A stretch of DNA of 64,000 bases from Lama glama (Eukaryota), in NCBI GenBank assembly GCA_028534125.1, contig CM052817.1, forward strand, positions 45,138,001 through 45,202,000, read 5' to 3'. Of the stretch, positions 53,285 through 64,000 are shown piece by piece (positions within the stretch are counted from its first letter, which is position 1; every line of letters starts with the position of its first letter). Under the pieces are notes generated by a model. It had not been told where the DNA came from. It worked only from the letters and a program-made list of their open reading frames with translations, and ran no database searches. The translations under genes and the position numbers were made by a program.

Positions 53285-53374
53285 CTAGATATGACCCTGT
53301 TCCTTGCCATCATCTTCATCTTCATCATCCTCATCATCTTGATCTCCAGATTCAAGTTCATCCTCTTCTTCAAC
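53285..53374 (-). CDS. USO1: USO1/p115 last coding exon, acidic tail VEEEDELESGDQDDEDDEDEDDGKEQGHI*
   Basis: Acceptor CCCTTTAG|; recognisable p115 acidic C-terminus; TAG stop. Confidence 0.95.
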   Translation of the reverse strand, partial: VEEEDELESGDQDDEDDEDEDDGKEQGHI

Positions 53375-53906
53375 CTAAAGGGAAAATACACGTTTAACAT
53401 TGTGAAGATCTATTCACTTCCCATTCAACACATAATGCTATATACTTTGTTGATAAATTCTTTACTCCAGTAATTACAGTAGATTACAGGCCATCTGATT
53501 TCCTTGATTTAATGCTCAAGGCTCCCTGTCATTTTTAATATGAGGTGAGATACATAGGTTAACTTGCTGATGGATGGCTATACCTCTCTACACAAACCTG
53601 AGCCAACACGGCAAAAGAGAATGGCACATTTGGATGGTGACAGCCTTGTTACCACAGGAGCAATCAAATCAATTCACCTTCTAAGCTCAGATTCCAAAAG
53701 AGAACAGCTAACAAATACTGGAAACTGCACCTAATCTGCGTCTTAAGTCAATTAATTTACTGAATACCATGAAAGCAATGCTGATACCATGTTCACGTAC
53801 CCACAGATCTATGCCTGTAGTATCAATATACACCACAACATTTCCATAGTATAATATTTAGAAATACAACATAAAGAAACACAATATAAATTATTTGCAA
53901 TCTTAC

Positions 53907-54122
53907 TGGATGACCAAGTTCCTTGAGTTTATTCTTTAATGAAAATATTTTCTGATCCTGATCAGCCAACAGCACCAAGAGATCATCTTGTTCTTTTTTA
54001 GAATCTGTAATGTCCACTTCGAGCTTGTTTTTCTCATTTTGTAAAATGGCAATGGTACTGTTAGATGAATCCAGCTGCTCTTTAATAGCAGTTCTTTCCT
54101 CAGACAGAGCTTTAATTTCATT
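53907..54122 (-). CDS. USO1: USO1 exon NEIKALSEERTAIKEQLDSS...KKEQDDLLVLLADQDQKIFSLKNKLKELGHP
   Basis: AG/GT boundaries, 216 nt, conserved KKEQDDLLVLLADQD motif. Confidence 0.97.
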
Positions 54123-54279
54123 CTAGGAAAGGAAAGGTGAGAATCACTATAATCTAAAATTAGTGTTCATTTTTCTAGGGTTTTAATGCATTCTTTCTAT
54201 GACAAATCACTGTACTTGTCCAATCTGAAGAGTTTGGGGTTAGGGGTTGGGGGAAAGGTTTAAATACATACATACATAA

Positions 54280-54310
<31 letters not shown>

Positions 54311-55153
54311 CTCTCTCTCTCATCCAGTAACACGAGAATTTATGTTAGGCTATACATCAAAGATGGTTATTGTGAAAAAGAGAATTTAACATCCAAAAAT
54401 AGTTTTAATTACCTAGTCCTCAAAAAATCCTAAGAGATAATACCATTTCAAATAATCAGAGGAATAAATAAAGACACAAAACATTTTATAGAAGAAGCCT
54501 GGTTAGCATCAGAATTAGAACTCAAGTTTAAAAAAAATATTTATCCCAACTTCATACATACAGTTAAATGATCAAGAAAAACAGCTTCAAATAAAATCCA
54601 TGGCTTAAAAATAATCTGGCCACAAACCAAAAGGTACAATCACAAACATTATCTTCCTTTTCCATTTTAAAATTCCTTTGTATTTTTACTTTGTTACCTC
54701 ATTACTTTCTTCAGGTTATTTATTCTGGTTTCTCTGTCACACAATAGGCTGGCAGGACATAATGGGCCTATGTTCCTTAGCCTATGGAAAACCTATAGGT
54801 GGCCTGTGTTTTAGACAAACCTATACTCCTTGTTTCTTCTTGTGATTAGAGATTAGTAAGAAAGCTTAACTGCTTTTTACTTTTACTAAAAACTATGTTT
54901 TTACTTTCAAAGTACATTCAAATACATTCTTATTTTACATATTTGATACCATTATTTAAAATGGCATAAAAAAAACTTCATTTGTGCCATTTTTAGTCAT
55001 CAAAATAGGAATGGAAATATTGTGAGATAAAATTATATCCCATTAACTTTCCTCATAAATCTAAGAATCTGAGAAATTAAATGAAGTAAAATCAAATTTC
55101 CTGGAATTCACTTCATATAATACGTAATGAGTAAAAGTTTCACCAAAACCAAC

Positions 55154-55261
55154 CTTTAATTCTTTAGTCTCTTGTAATAATGCCGACAGTCTTCCTTCTA
55201 CATCAGTAGTTTTTGTAGCTATTACAGTTTCACTCTCTCCTGGTACAGGAACTGATTGTGT
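55154..55261 (-). CDS. USO1: USO1 exon TQSVPVPGESETVIATKTTDVEGRLSALLQETKELK
   Basis: AG/GT boundaries, 108 nt, in frame. Confidence 0.95.
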
Positions 55262-56840
55262 CTGAAAGTAGAACACAGAAAAAAAAAATGTTTCTTCAAA
55301 GTTATAATCTTAATATGAAATTCCAAAGATGATTTAATTTTCTTGCTATTTTGGAATTTTATTTTCAATAACAGAAAATCTAATTCTTTATATATTTACA
55401 TGCACTAAAGTGCTCTCCCTAGAAAGAGGAGTTGCCTCTACAGTGCAGCAGGAGTCTGAGTCAGGAGTTGTGTGGCATCAGATTTCAACAGAGTATGAGG
55501 AAGGCCATGTTAAGCAGCCTCAAGGTCAGACCAGGCAAATTATCAATGACACAATTCTAACATAGCTGTAACATTGCATTTCATAAGTAGAGAAACTTTT
55601 TCAAAGCCTTTTCCTCATGAAATTCCTGTAGGTTAAGTCGACACTGTCATCTCAGAGAGACAGGTGGGGAAATTCCGTTGAATGCCATCAACTGGTGAAA
55701 TGTAAATATTTTCTTGAGTACAACAGGAAGTACTCTTAAATAAAAAATTTTCCATCTTTCTCCTATCTTTTTTTCCACAAAATACTGGGAAGTGGGGTGC
55801 TGATGTCACAAATACCTTAAAATATGGAAGCGGCGTTGGAACTGGTAGAGACTAAAAGAATTTTGAGGTTCATGTTAGACAAAGCCTAAGCTGCCTTGAA
55901 GAGACCGTTGGTAGAAACATGGACACTAAAGGCAATTCTAGTAAGAAAAGAGGAAAGCTGTAGAGAAAGCTTCTATGGTCTTAGAGAAAACACAGATCAT
56001 CGTTAGCAGAATGCTGTTAGGAGGATGGATGTTGAAGGAGGTTTTGGTGAGGTCTCAGATGGAAATATGGAACATGTTATTGGAAAGTGGAGGGAAGGTG
56101 ATCCTTGTTATAAAGAACATCGCTGAATTGTGTTCTGGTGTTTTGTGGAAAGCAGGTTTGTGAGTGATGAACTATTTAGCTGAGAAAATTTCTAAGCAAA
56201 ACATTAAAGGTGCGGCCTGGATTCTCCTTGCTGTTTATGGTAAAATGTGAGAGGAGAGAGATATTGACGAAGGGATTGTCAAGCAAAAGGGAATCAGAAC
56301 TTGAAGATTTAGAAAACTCTCAGCCTATCTCTATTGCAATAAATGACATAGCATGTTCTGGTAAAACATCAAGGGTGTGGCTGGACAACCATTTGTGAAG
56401 AGGTTACTCGTGTGACACATGGACCCAATCAACCACCTGAGCAGAAGGTAGAATAGAGACACGGTTCCCAGGAGGGATCCAAGAGGACCTTCTTGCATAA
56501 TGGCTTGGATCCTGGTGAACTACATGGGTCACTGACAAGTTTTTAACAATTTTATACCAGCAGAAAACCTGCCAGCTTGAACTGAAGGGGACAGAAATGG
56601 GGTGAAATATAGAATACCAGTAAAATGAACCATAAGTAACAGATTAAACTGGTCTGGTGAGTCTGACGATAATACAGTTGCTCGCATGGCCAAGAAGTCT
56701 ATGTGACTGGAACTCTGGCTAATGAATAACATGAAGGGAAGGTGCTATCTGACAAATCTGCTTCTTTCCCATAGTGGCTGAGAAACAATCTCTCAACCTT
56801 GTGTTTACTACTTTTCAGAACAACAAAATCATTAACTTAC

Positions 56841-56939
56841 AAGTGCTTCTGTTTTCTGTAACAGCTCCTGCTTTTCAGTCTGTAGTTTGGTGATCTCCAC
56901 AGATTGGGAGTTTAACTGAGACTTTAATGTTGCCAGTTC
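56841..56939 (-). CDS. USO1: USO1 exon ELATLKSQLNSQSVEITKLQTEKQELLQKTEAL
   Basis: AG/GT boundaries, 99 nt, coiled-coil pattern. Confidence 0.95.
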
Positions 56940-59318
56940 CTAAGAAGCAAAAATAGTTGAGTTGTAACATTAAATAGCATTAATTTTATCAATGAAATGT
57001 CTATATATAGGAAGAAATAAAAAAAAATTATTTCCTTTCTTGGCCTTTCTAAAATCACAACTTCCAATTTTTAAAATTTAAGTGAAAGAACTATTCTCAA
57101 ACTTTGGGTTCAAGATGGAGAATTAAACAAGTACATTTAACATTAAACATGGATACTTCTGTTTCCTTCTGAGATCCCATGTGAAAAATCATAAAGGGAG
57201 GGAGGAAGGGAAAAAGAAGGAAGAAGGGAAGGAGGGAGGGCGGCAGGCAGGAGGAAGAACAGAAGGGCAGGCAGGAGGGAGAAACCCACAAGGACAAAGA
57301 ATAAGAGAAAAGAGCAATAATTTGGGGAATTTCAGAAAGCAAATGTCAGTGGTAACTGACTCTGCACACCTGGGCGAGCTGAAACCTAAGCTGTCCTTTT
57401 AGAAAGGCACGCAGCTGCCTGCCCTCCAGTGCATGACTGTCGAAAGGCCTGCGAACTGGTCAAAACAGGGTCAAAATAGGGTTGGCTGAAAGTCTGCTTA
57501 GGAACAAGGCAATCAGATTCCTGTCCCAATCTCACACATCTGGCAACTATTCCTTTTCTGTTGCCAAAGACTAGAGGTATATTATTTGGAAAGGGCAAAA
57601 CAAGACATTTTTAGCCTAGAGGCCACCAAACATGGATGAAAGTAGTAATACTATAGTGAAGATGGGGGAATTAATTGAAAGTTTATGTATTATTAATGTT
57701 AAAATTTCCAAACTTCTTGCTCTCTCCCCTCAACACAAGTACAGGAAAATAAACAATTATAACAGTAATTCTGAACCAGGGGCACTCTCCCCCCATGAAA
57801 TTTGGCAGTGTCTGCAGATACTGGGTAAGTAGTGAGATGCTGTCATATAAAAAGCTCTTTTATTCTCTTAAAACTTTCTATGTATGTGCTTTTTCTTTTG
57901 GCTGTTTTTGCTTTTTCAGTTATCAAAATGAGTTATGTTAGGCATTGAAATTATGTACCATTTTGGTTTTCTTTTTATACAGTATTTTATTATACATGAT
58001 AAAAAACAAGACTGTCATTGAAAATATATCGTTGGGAAACACAGAGTAAAAATTTTTACTCGGGATTTACAAACTAAGGGTATATATTAATAACTTAATT
58101 TCCTTTAATTTTAATACAGTTCTAGACTTAGTAAAACCAAAATAGCATATTAATCTACCCCATAAGAACAAAATATTGTGGACACATCGGAAAGTTCTAA
58201 ATTGTTAATGACGTATTATGATTACTTTTTTAAATGTTTGATTAGAATCTACTCTGGGGTACACAGACATTATCAAAAAAGACGCTCTGTCTTCCCATGT
58301 CCAGTCACTCCGCTCAGATAATCCCTGTCAGCGGGTGAGGACCAGCTAACTACAGGAGGGAGAAGGAAGTTAGTCCTAGGTTGGCCAGGCTGCTCACTCC
58401 TTCTTTGGCATTACTTAAAAAAAAAAAAAAATTCTTTTTATAAGAAAGGAAGGAGGGGAGAATGGAAGGAAGAAAAAAGAAAGAAGGAAAGAAAGAAAAT
58501 TTGAAAAGAAAACAAAAAACAAAAACAACCCAACCTGTTTAGGGATAATATGCTAATGAGAAATCTTTTTTTTTTTTAACTAATGAGCAATCTCAAACTT
58601 TTCTAGGTTTTTTCCCCCAATCACCACATTACTTAATTCTACTTGTTATAGCTCCTTTCTCTCTTTTCTGGCTAAAAACAAACAGGTTTACAAATCTGAA
58701 CAAACATTTAATTTTCTCACTGGATAGATAAAAGTAAGTCTGTAAAATCTAGTTTTAAAGGAATTTATAAGTACTATAAATTAAACAAGTAGGAAAAAGC
58801 TTAATTTGCTTTTCTAGATAATACAAATTACTACAGCAGCAGAAATAGTTTACTTTGCTTTCTAGCTAGTCATCTAATTGATATATATACAAGTTTACTT
58901 TCAGTCTTTCCCTTTTCCAATTCTAAAAACCAAAATTTTCTGGATAGAATAATTTAAATGCCCAGTACATTTAACCAAGCAGTTATGCAAATTAGGCATA
59001 AGATTTTATATCTTCATATTTGTAGCTTATAAGTGTATTTAAAATTTCCTTGACAGTTTACTGATAATCTACAAATAATCTGGGTAAGATGCTGAGATCT
59101 GTTAAAAAGAACATCACTGAAAATAAAAACACAACAAAAAGCAAAATACCATTACTGTATAATTTAAACAGCTTCTGGATTTTCAAATGGCTGTCTTCAC
59201 TTATCAAATTTTGCTTACACCTGACAAAGGAGTTCTAGATTAATGGAACTGCAGGGCTATTATGCTGTTGTAACTAAAACATCACAAAAATAGAGCTCTG
59301 ATCAAGCTGAAAAATGAC

Positions 59319-59408
59319 CTGTTTTAATTCTGCGATTTGTTCAGACTCTCTCGCCGAATCTGTAGCTGAAGACTGTTCATTTGTGCCAGGTGATGGTTGG
59401 GAAGATTT
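59319..59408 (-). CDS. USO1: USO1 exon KSSQPSPGTNEQSSATDSARESEQIAELKQ
   Basis: AG/GT boundaries, 90 nt. Confidence 0.93.
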
Positions 59409-59974
59409 CTACAAATAGTACAGAAATAAACTATGAAATAAATTTAGTTTAAATAGGAAAAAAACAGAACTGTACACATATAAGCTATGTCTGGGCTAAA
59501 TGTTCACCCCAAAATTTGACATCAGCATTTTTTTAAACCCAACATAAAATTTCAACCATAGCACACACTGTCTACAATTTTTCCATAGGTAATAAATTTA
59601 TACTTATGCCAAGTAATTTATTAAATCTAAGAACTTATCCGAGGTCATGTGACAAAAAAGCATAAAAGCAGGTATACTATTGAACAATTTCCATGTATTA
59701 AAAGAGCGTTATACAAAGTATCTCATTTAATTCTCATAGCAATGAAATAGATAGCACCACCAGCATTTTACAGATCAGGAAACAAGTTTAAAGAAGTTAA
59801 CTAAATTGCTCAAATTCAATTAGCTAGGAAGCACTGAAGCTTTAGACAGTCTGACATCAGAGTTCATGTTCTAAAACCTTAATATGATACTTTAAGGGAT
59901 CCAGAAAAATAAACAAGCAGGATAATGAGAATTACTCTTGACCTCTGGCTTAAAAATTTTAAATATTTACTTAC

Positions 59975-60138
59975 CAAATTTTCAATCAAAGAGTCCTTTT
60001 CAGCCAGCTGGCTTTGTAAAAGTTCCTGATTACTTTTTAATTCTTCTATCTCTTCTCGTAGTCTACCAATTTCTTCTGGCTGAATGCCATTCATCTGAGC
60101 CCCGTCACTGTGGGAACCTTGATGCTGATTTTCTTTTC
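59975..60138 (-). CDS. USO1: USO1 exon (G)KENQHQGSHSDGAQMNGIQPEEIGRLREEIEELKSNQELLQSQLAEKDSLIENL
   Basis: AG/GT boundaries, 164 nt, phase 1/0. Confidence 0.95.
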
Positions 60139-61184
60139 CTATTAGACAGGCATAAAATTTGAAAAGCCAGCATGAAACTTAAGTCTTTCATTTTTTGAAC
60201 TGAAGATTCAAGTATAAAATAAATAAATAATTTCCTTAATAATTACTTTGGCAGCACTTTTGTAAGTCCATTTCATCTTTGCAAAATAGTGTACTGGTAA
60301 GAATAATGAACTGATATTTTCAGGGTTTCTGGAAGGAAAAACCGCATAGTCTTAAGACTAAACTGAGTGGTTTAGTGACCTAAGATTAAGAATTACAGTA
60401 GTTTTGATTCCAATTCTGACAATTAATGTAAGAGAAAATAAAGTCCCTTTAAAAAAATCTTCACATAGGAATAGCTGTTTTTGAAGTTAAAAAAAGTATT
60501 TTTATTCAAGTATAGTCAGTTTACAACATTGTCTCAATTTCTAGTGTACAGCACAATACTTCAGTCATATAGGAAAGGAATAGCTTTCTATATGGACTAA
60601 AATAACTGACAAATTCTTGTTATGAAAAAGGAAGTAAAAAATACTTTCTTCTGAAAATTTTGGTCACCTTCATATAAATAAAATAAATTGTATTTCTAAG
60701 TGGCTAGCATTCCAATCACAAGCACTACAGAATAAGACTATTTACAACCACTGAGCACTGAAGTATAATTTTATATATATTATTTCATTTAATTCTCAAA
60801 TGACGCAGGTGCTATTATCAGCTCCATTTTGCAGATGAGAAAATGGAAAGGTTAGACCTATCATGCTCAATTGGCTATACATTAGAATCACTGGGGAGCT
60901 TGTGTTAATCACTGATGCCTGGACCTAACCCCAACTAAGTAAGTCGGAACTTCAGTGGGGTCTCAGTATTGGTTTAAAAAAATAAAAACCTCAGGAGACC
61001 TTAATGTGTAGGTAGCTAAGACTGAGAATCAATGAATCAGACTGACTGCCAAGGAGCTTGGACTTCAAACTCTGATTTACATGTTACAGTGGTTAATGTT
61101 AAAAAGACTAGTTCACAAAAGTAATCTGTTTGACTTTGTCCAGCTCTTGGGGACACGACAGTAGCAATGGCTAGCTACACTTAC

Positions 61185-61323
61185 CTAGCTGTATTTTAAG
61201 AAGATTATATTGATCCTTGTGTTGCTGAATCTGAGATACTTGCTGTGTGACTGCTGTCTGGAGCTGTTCGTTTTGACATTTTAACGTAGAAATCTGCTGC
61301 TTTAACTCCTCAAGTTGCAGATC
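61185..61323 (-). CDS. USO1: USO1 exon DLQLEELKQQISTLKCQNEQLQTAVTQQVSQIQQHKDQYNLLKIQL(G); gene continues beyond the window
   Basis: AG/GT boundaries, 139 nt, phase 0/1 matching the next exon. Confidence 0.95.
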
Positions 61324-61435
61324 CTGTGAAACAAAACATAACTCAGTAAATTCATACTAATTAACATTAAGAAGATGAACAAGTTAAAAATTAGAGATTA
61401 TTTTCCAAATACATTTCCAAAATCACTCAATAATT

Positions 61436-61622
61436 AAGCAGTAACACATTACTATAAGTAATGGTTATAATGTGTTACTGCTTGGTTACTGCTTGGTTAT
61501 AATGTGTTACTTATAGTAATTACTTATAGTAATGTGTTACTGCTTGGTTACTGCTTGGTTATAATGTGTTACTGCTTATACTAATGTGTTACTGCTTGGT
61601 TAATTGACCAAGGTCAATTAAC
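61436..61622. repeat. Mixed direct and inverted short-repeat array
   Basis: Repeated TAATGTGTTACTGCTT(GG) units, one inverted copy and a terminal 11-bp hairpin. Confidence 0.9.
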
Positions 61623-63215
61623 AGGCAGCAAAACTGTAAGAGTTCAAGGCCTCGTTATACGGCACAGTCTACACTCTCATGGCAATTATTGGTTTCATCG
61701 CAGGGGGAGGTCAATTTTAAAAACTCCATTTTATGGTCCATCAAACTATTTAAGAAATTTATACCAAATTACTTAAGAAACTTAGTATATGTATGTTTAC
61801 ATACATACCTGTATCTTTTAACATTAAAATGTAATCATAAAACATTTAGAAGACTGAATAGAAGAGCTTTCATCTCTTACCACCCTAATGTAACTAGTTG
61901 GAATTTGATCTATTTCTTTATTTTCTTCTAATTTTCTTCCACTCCAAGTTTTTAATCAGTCCACGTATCATTTTGCAACTTTTAATTTGCTTAATATTCA
62001 ATCATAATTTCCCCGTATTAATCAGGAGATGCAATATAATTTATGTTCAAAAGTAATACTGAGGCTGCTCTCCATTTTTATAAATAAGTATCATTACAGT
62101 AAATTTCTTAGTCCATGTAACTGTTTTCCTGAATTTTGGAGAATTTCCTTAGGAAAGATCCTCAAAGGTCATTCTAAGTCTACGGAAACATTTTATAGCT
62201 CTTGATGCTTATAGCCTATTACTAAATGTCACTCTAAATGGTGAGAATATTTAAAATTAACATTTCTAAAGAAGAGCCATTATAGTAATTGTGTCAAATC
62301 ACTTTTCTTCTTCCAAATCAGCCATATTTATCAGCTCCAAGTGTAGACTATACCGTTACATTCCAAGTATTTATTTCCCATTGCTCTAAAGATATTACAT
62401 TTTACCATCTGGAAATGACTCCATATTTGTACTCAGACAGTTGAAAAATCCTAATAACCACATGTAGTGTAATGATTCAAATTTGGATCATTCAGAGATG
62501 ATTCTAAGTTACTAACTGCTTATAAACTGAAAATCTCACACTGAATGCTAAATATATCATGAGTATATTTTTATTCTTAGAGTTTCAATCTCAACAATGT
62601 AGATTGTGGGGAAGAAAAGAACACATAGGTAGCTCTCATTTAGGGGGCTCTACCCGAATGCTCTTACTTGCCACACCTGCCTCAAGCTGTGCACAATTGG
62701 CAGAGGGTGGAGGGGGTACAGAGAAGGAGTAGCAACCTGCCCCTCATGGAATGCCACCTAAGTGTTGTTTTCATGACACTGAAATTTTAATGCCAATAAT
62801 CTCATTTTATAGAAAATACTGCAGCACTTTCTAGGATTTCATTCCAATAAAGGTATATACCACAACGAAGAATTAAATGAGAGAAGAAAACCAAGAAACA
62901 CATTTTGAAGGAATGTAATAGAAGATTTAAGATGCTCAATACAATGCAAGTGTGGGGTTCACTGTACCCTGAAAGAAAATGTCAATTCATGACTTTGAAA
63001 ATATTGTTTCAACTCATCATTATCCACTTTGATACATCAGCTCCCTCTCATTCTATCTAATTTAATATCACCTATTCAGTTGTGCAAGGCAGAGACCTAA
63101 GGATCATGTTTGACTCTGTTCTCTTATACCCACATTCAGTCACTACCAAGTCCTGTTAAGTTTTATTTTCTTTGGTTTCCACGTTTCTTGGGTCTGTCCC
63201 CTCTACACTACAAGG

Positions 63216-63815
63216 TATTGAGACAGGAAGGAAGGGAGCAGGGCACAACCACTGAAGGAATGACACAGCAATTGAGGACAGGACAAACTAGTTACAAGCA
63301 AGATGATGGAAGAGTCGACCTCCAGTAGACCTTGAGACTTATGGTACACCCACAGGTAACATGACAGTTCCTAGGCTGACCTTAAATGGTCAAAAAGTGG
63401 GTAGGGGGCCCAATTCCTGGAAATCCCCACTCCTTCCCCCAAATAGTTAGAATAATTCTCCTACTCATTAGCATATGAAATTACTGAGCCCATAAAAACT
63501 AACAGCTCTGCACCTCGTGGTTGCTCTCTCTCTTGCCTTCTGAGACAGCCCACACGGTCTATGGAGTGTGTATCTATTTTTACTTTAAACTAAAACCTCC
63601 CACACCTCCCAGGGTCTCTCTGCCTCTTGCCTTTTGAGATGGCCCACATTCTGCCTATGGAGTATGTGTCTCCTAAGTTGCTTTCCTTTCTGAGTGAGAT
63701 GAACCTCAGTCTGTCTATGGAGTGTGTATCTCTCTAAATAAACTTGCTTTCACTTTACTACGCCTTGCTCTTGAATTCTTTCCTGCTCAAGGCAAGAATC
63801 TATTCTCCAGCAACA
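63216..63815 (+). mobile_element. ERV1-like solo LTR in a USO1 intron (antisense to USO1)
   Basis: CATAAAA TATA-like motif, triplicated CTATGGAGTRTGT units, AATAAA, ends ...CAGCAACA. Confidence 0.65.
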
Positions 63816-64000
63816 GTATGAGCAGTAACACACATGCATTTGAATTCTGTTCCACCGATCACTAAGAAACCTTGGACAAGTTTAAATTCTCTGAGTCTCA
63901 GATTCTTCATTTATTCCTCATTATTTATCAACTACTTTGCAGGAATGCTGTGAAAATCAAATGAGATAGAGTTTAAATGTGCTTAGTGAGAACCTAACAC

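Noticed and set aside
61436..61622. CRISPR-like array
   Set aside because: Mammalian intron; irregular overlapping units without unique spacers

Overview
Mammalian genomic DNA, probably camelid (inferred from the short tRNA-headed SINEs and the L1 tails), with one 500-N gap. The right end holds the last seven coding exons and 3' UTR of USO1 on the minus strand. The ~50 kb downstream, which the ORF track makes look empty, holds two tandem plus-strand multi-exon genes read by hand from splice signals. Both have the architecture of secretory calcium-binding phosphoprotein (SCPP)-type genes: a short first exon, a signal-peptide exon, small phase-0 exons and a Pro/Thr/Ser-rich last exon. Both predicted proteins end in RGD-x-stop. 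Gene A (~11.0-17.6 kb) encodes 90 aa ending RRGDS*. Gene B (~24.65-39.65 kb) encodes about 204-226 aa ending PRGDM*. Between them is a full-length variant U1 snRNA gene with PSE, DSE and 3' box. The rest is L1, SINE, LTR and DNA-transposon sequence, a tailless 5S retrocopy and several local duplications. Gene models are manual predictions without expression evidence, and repeat boundaries are approximate.
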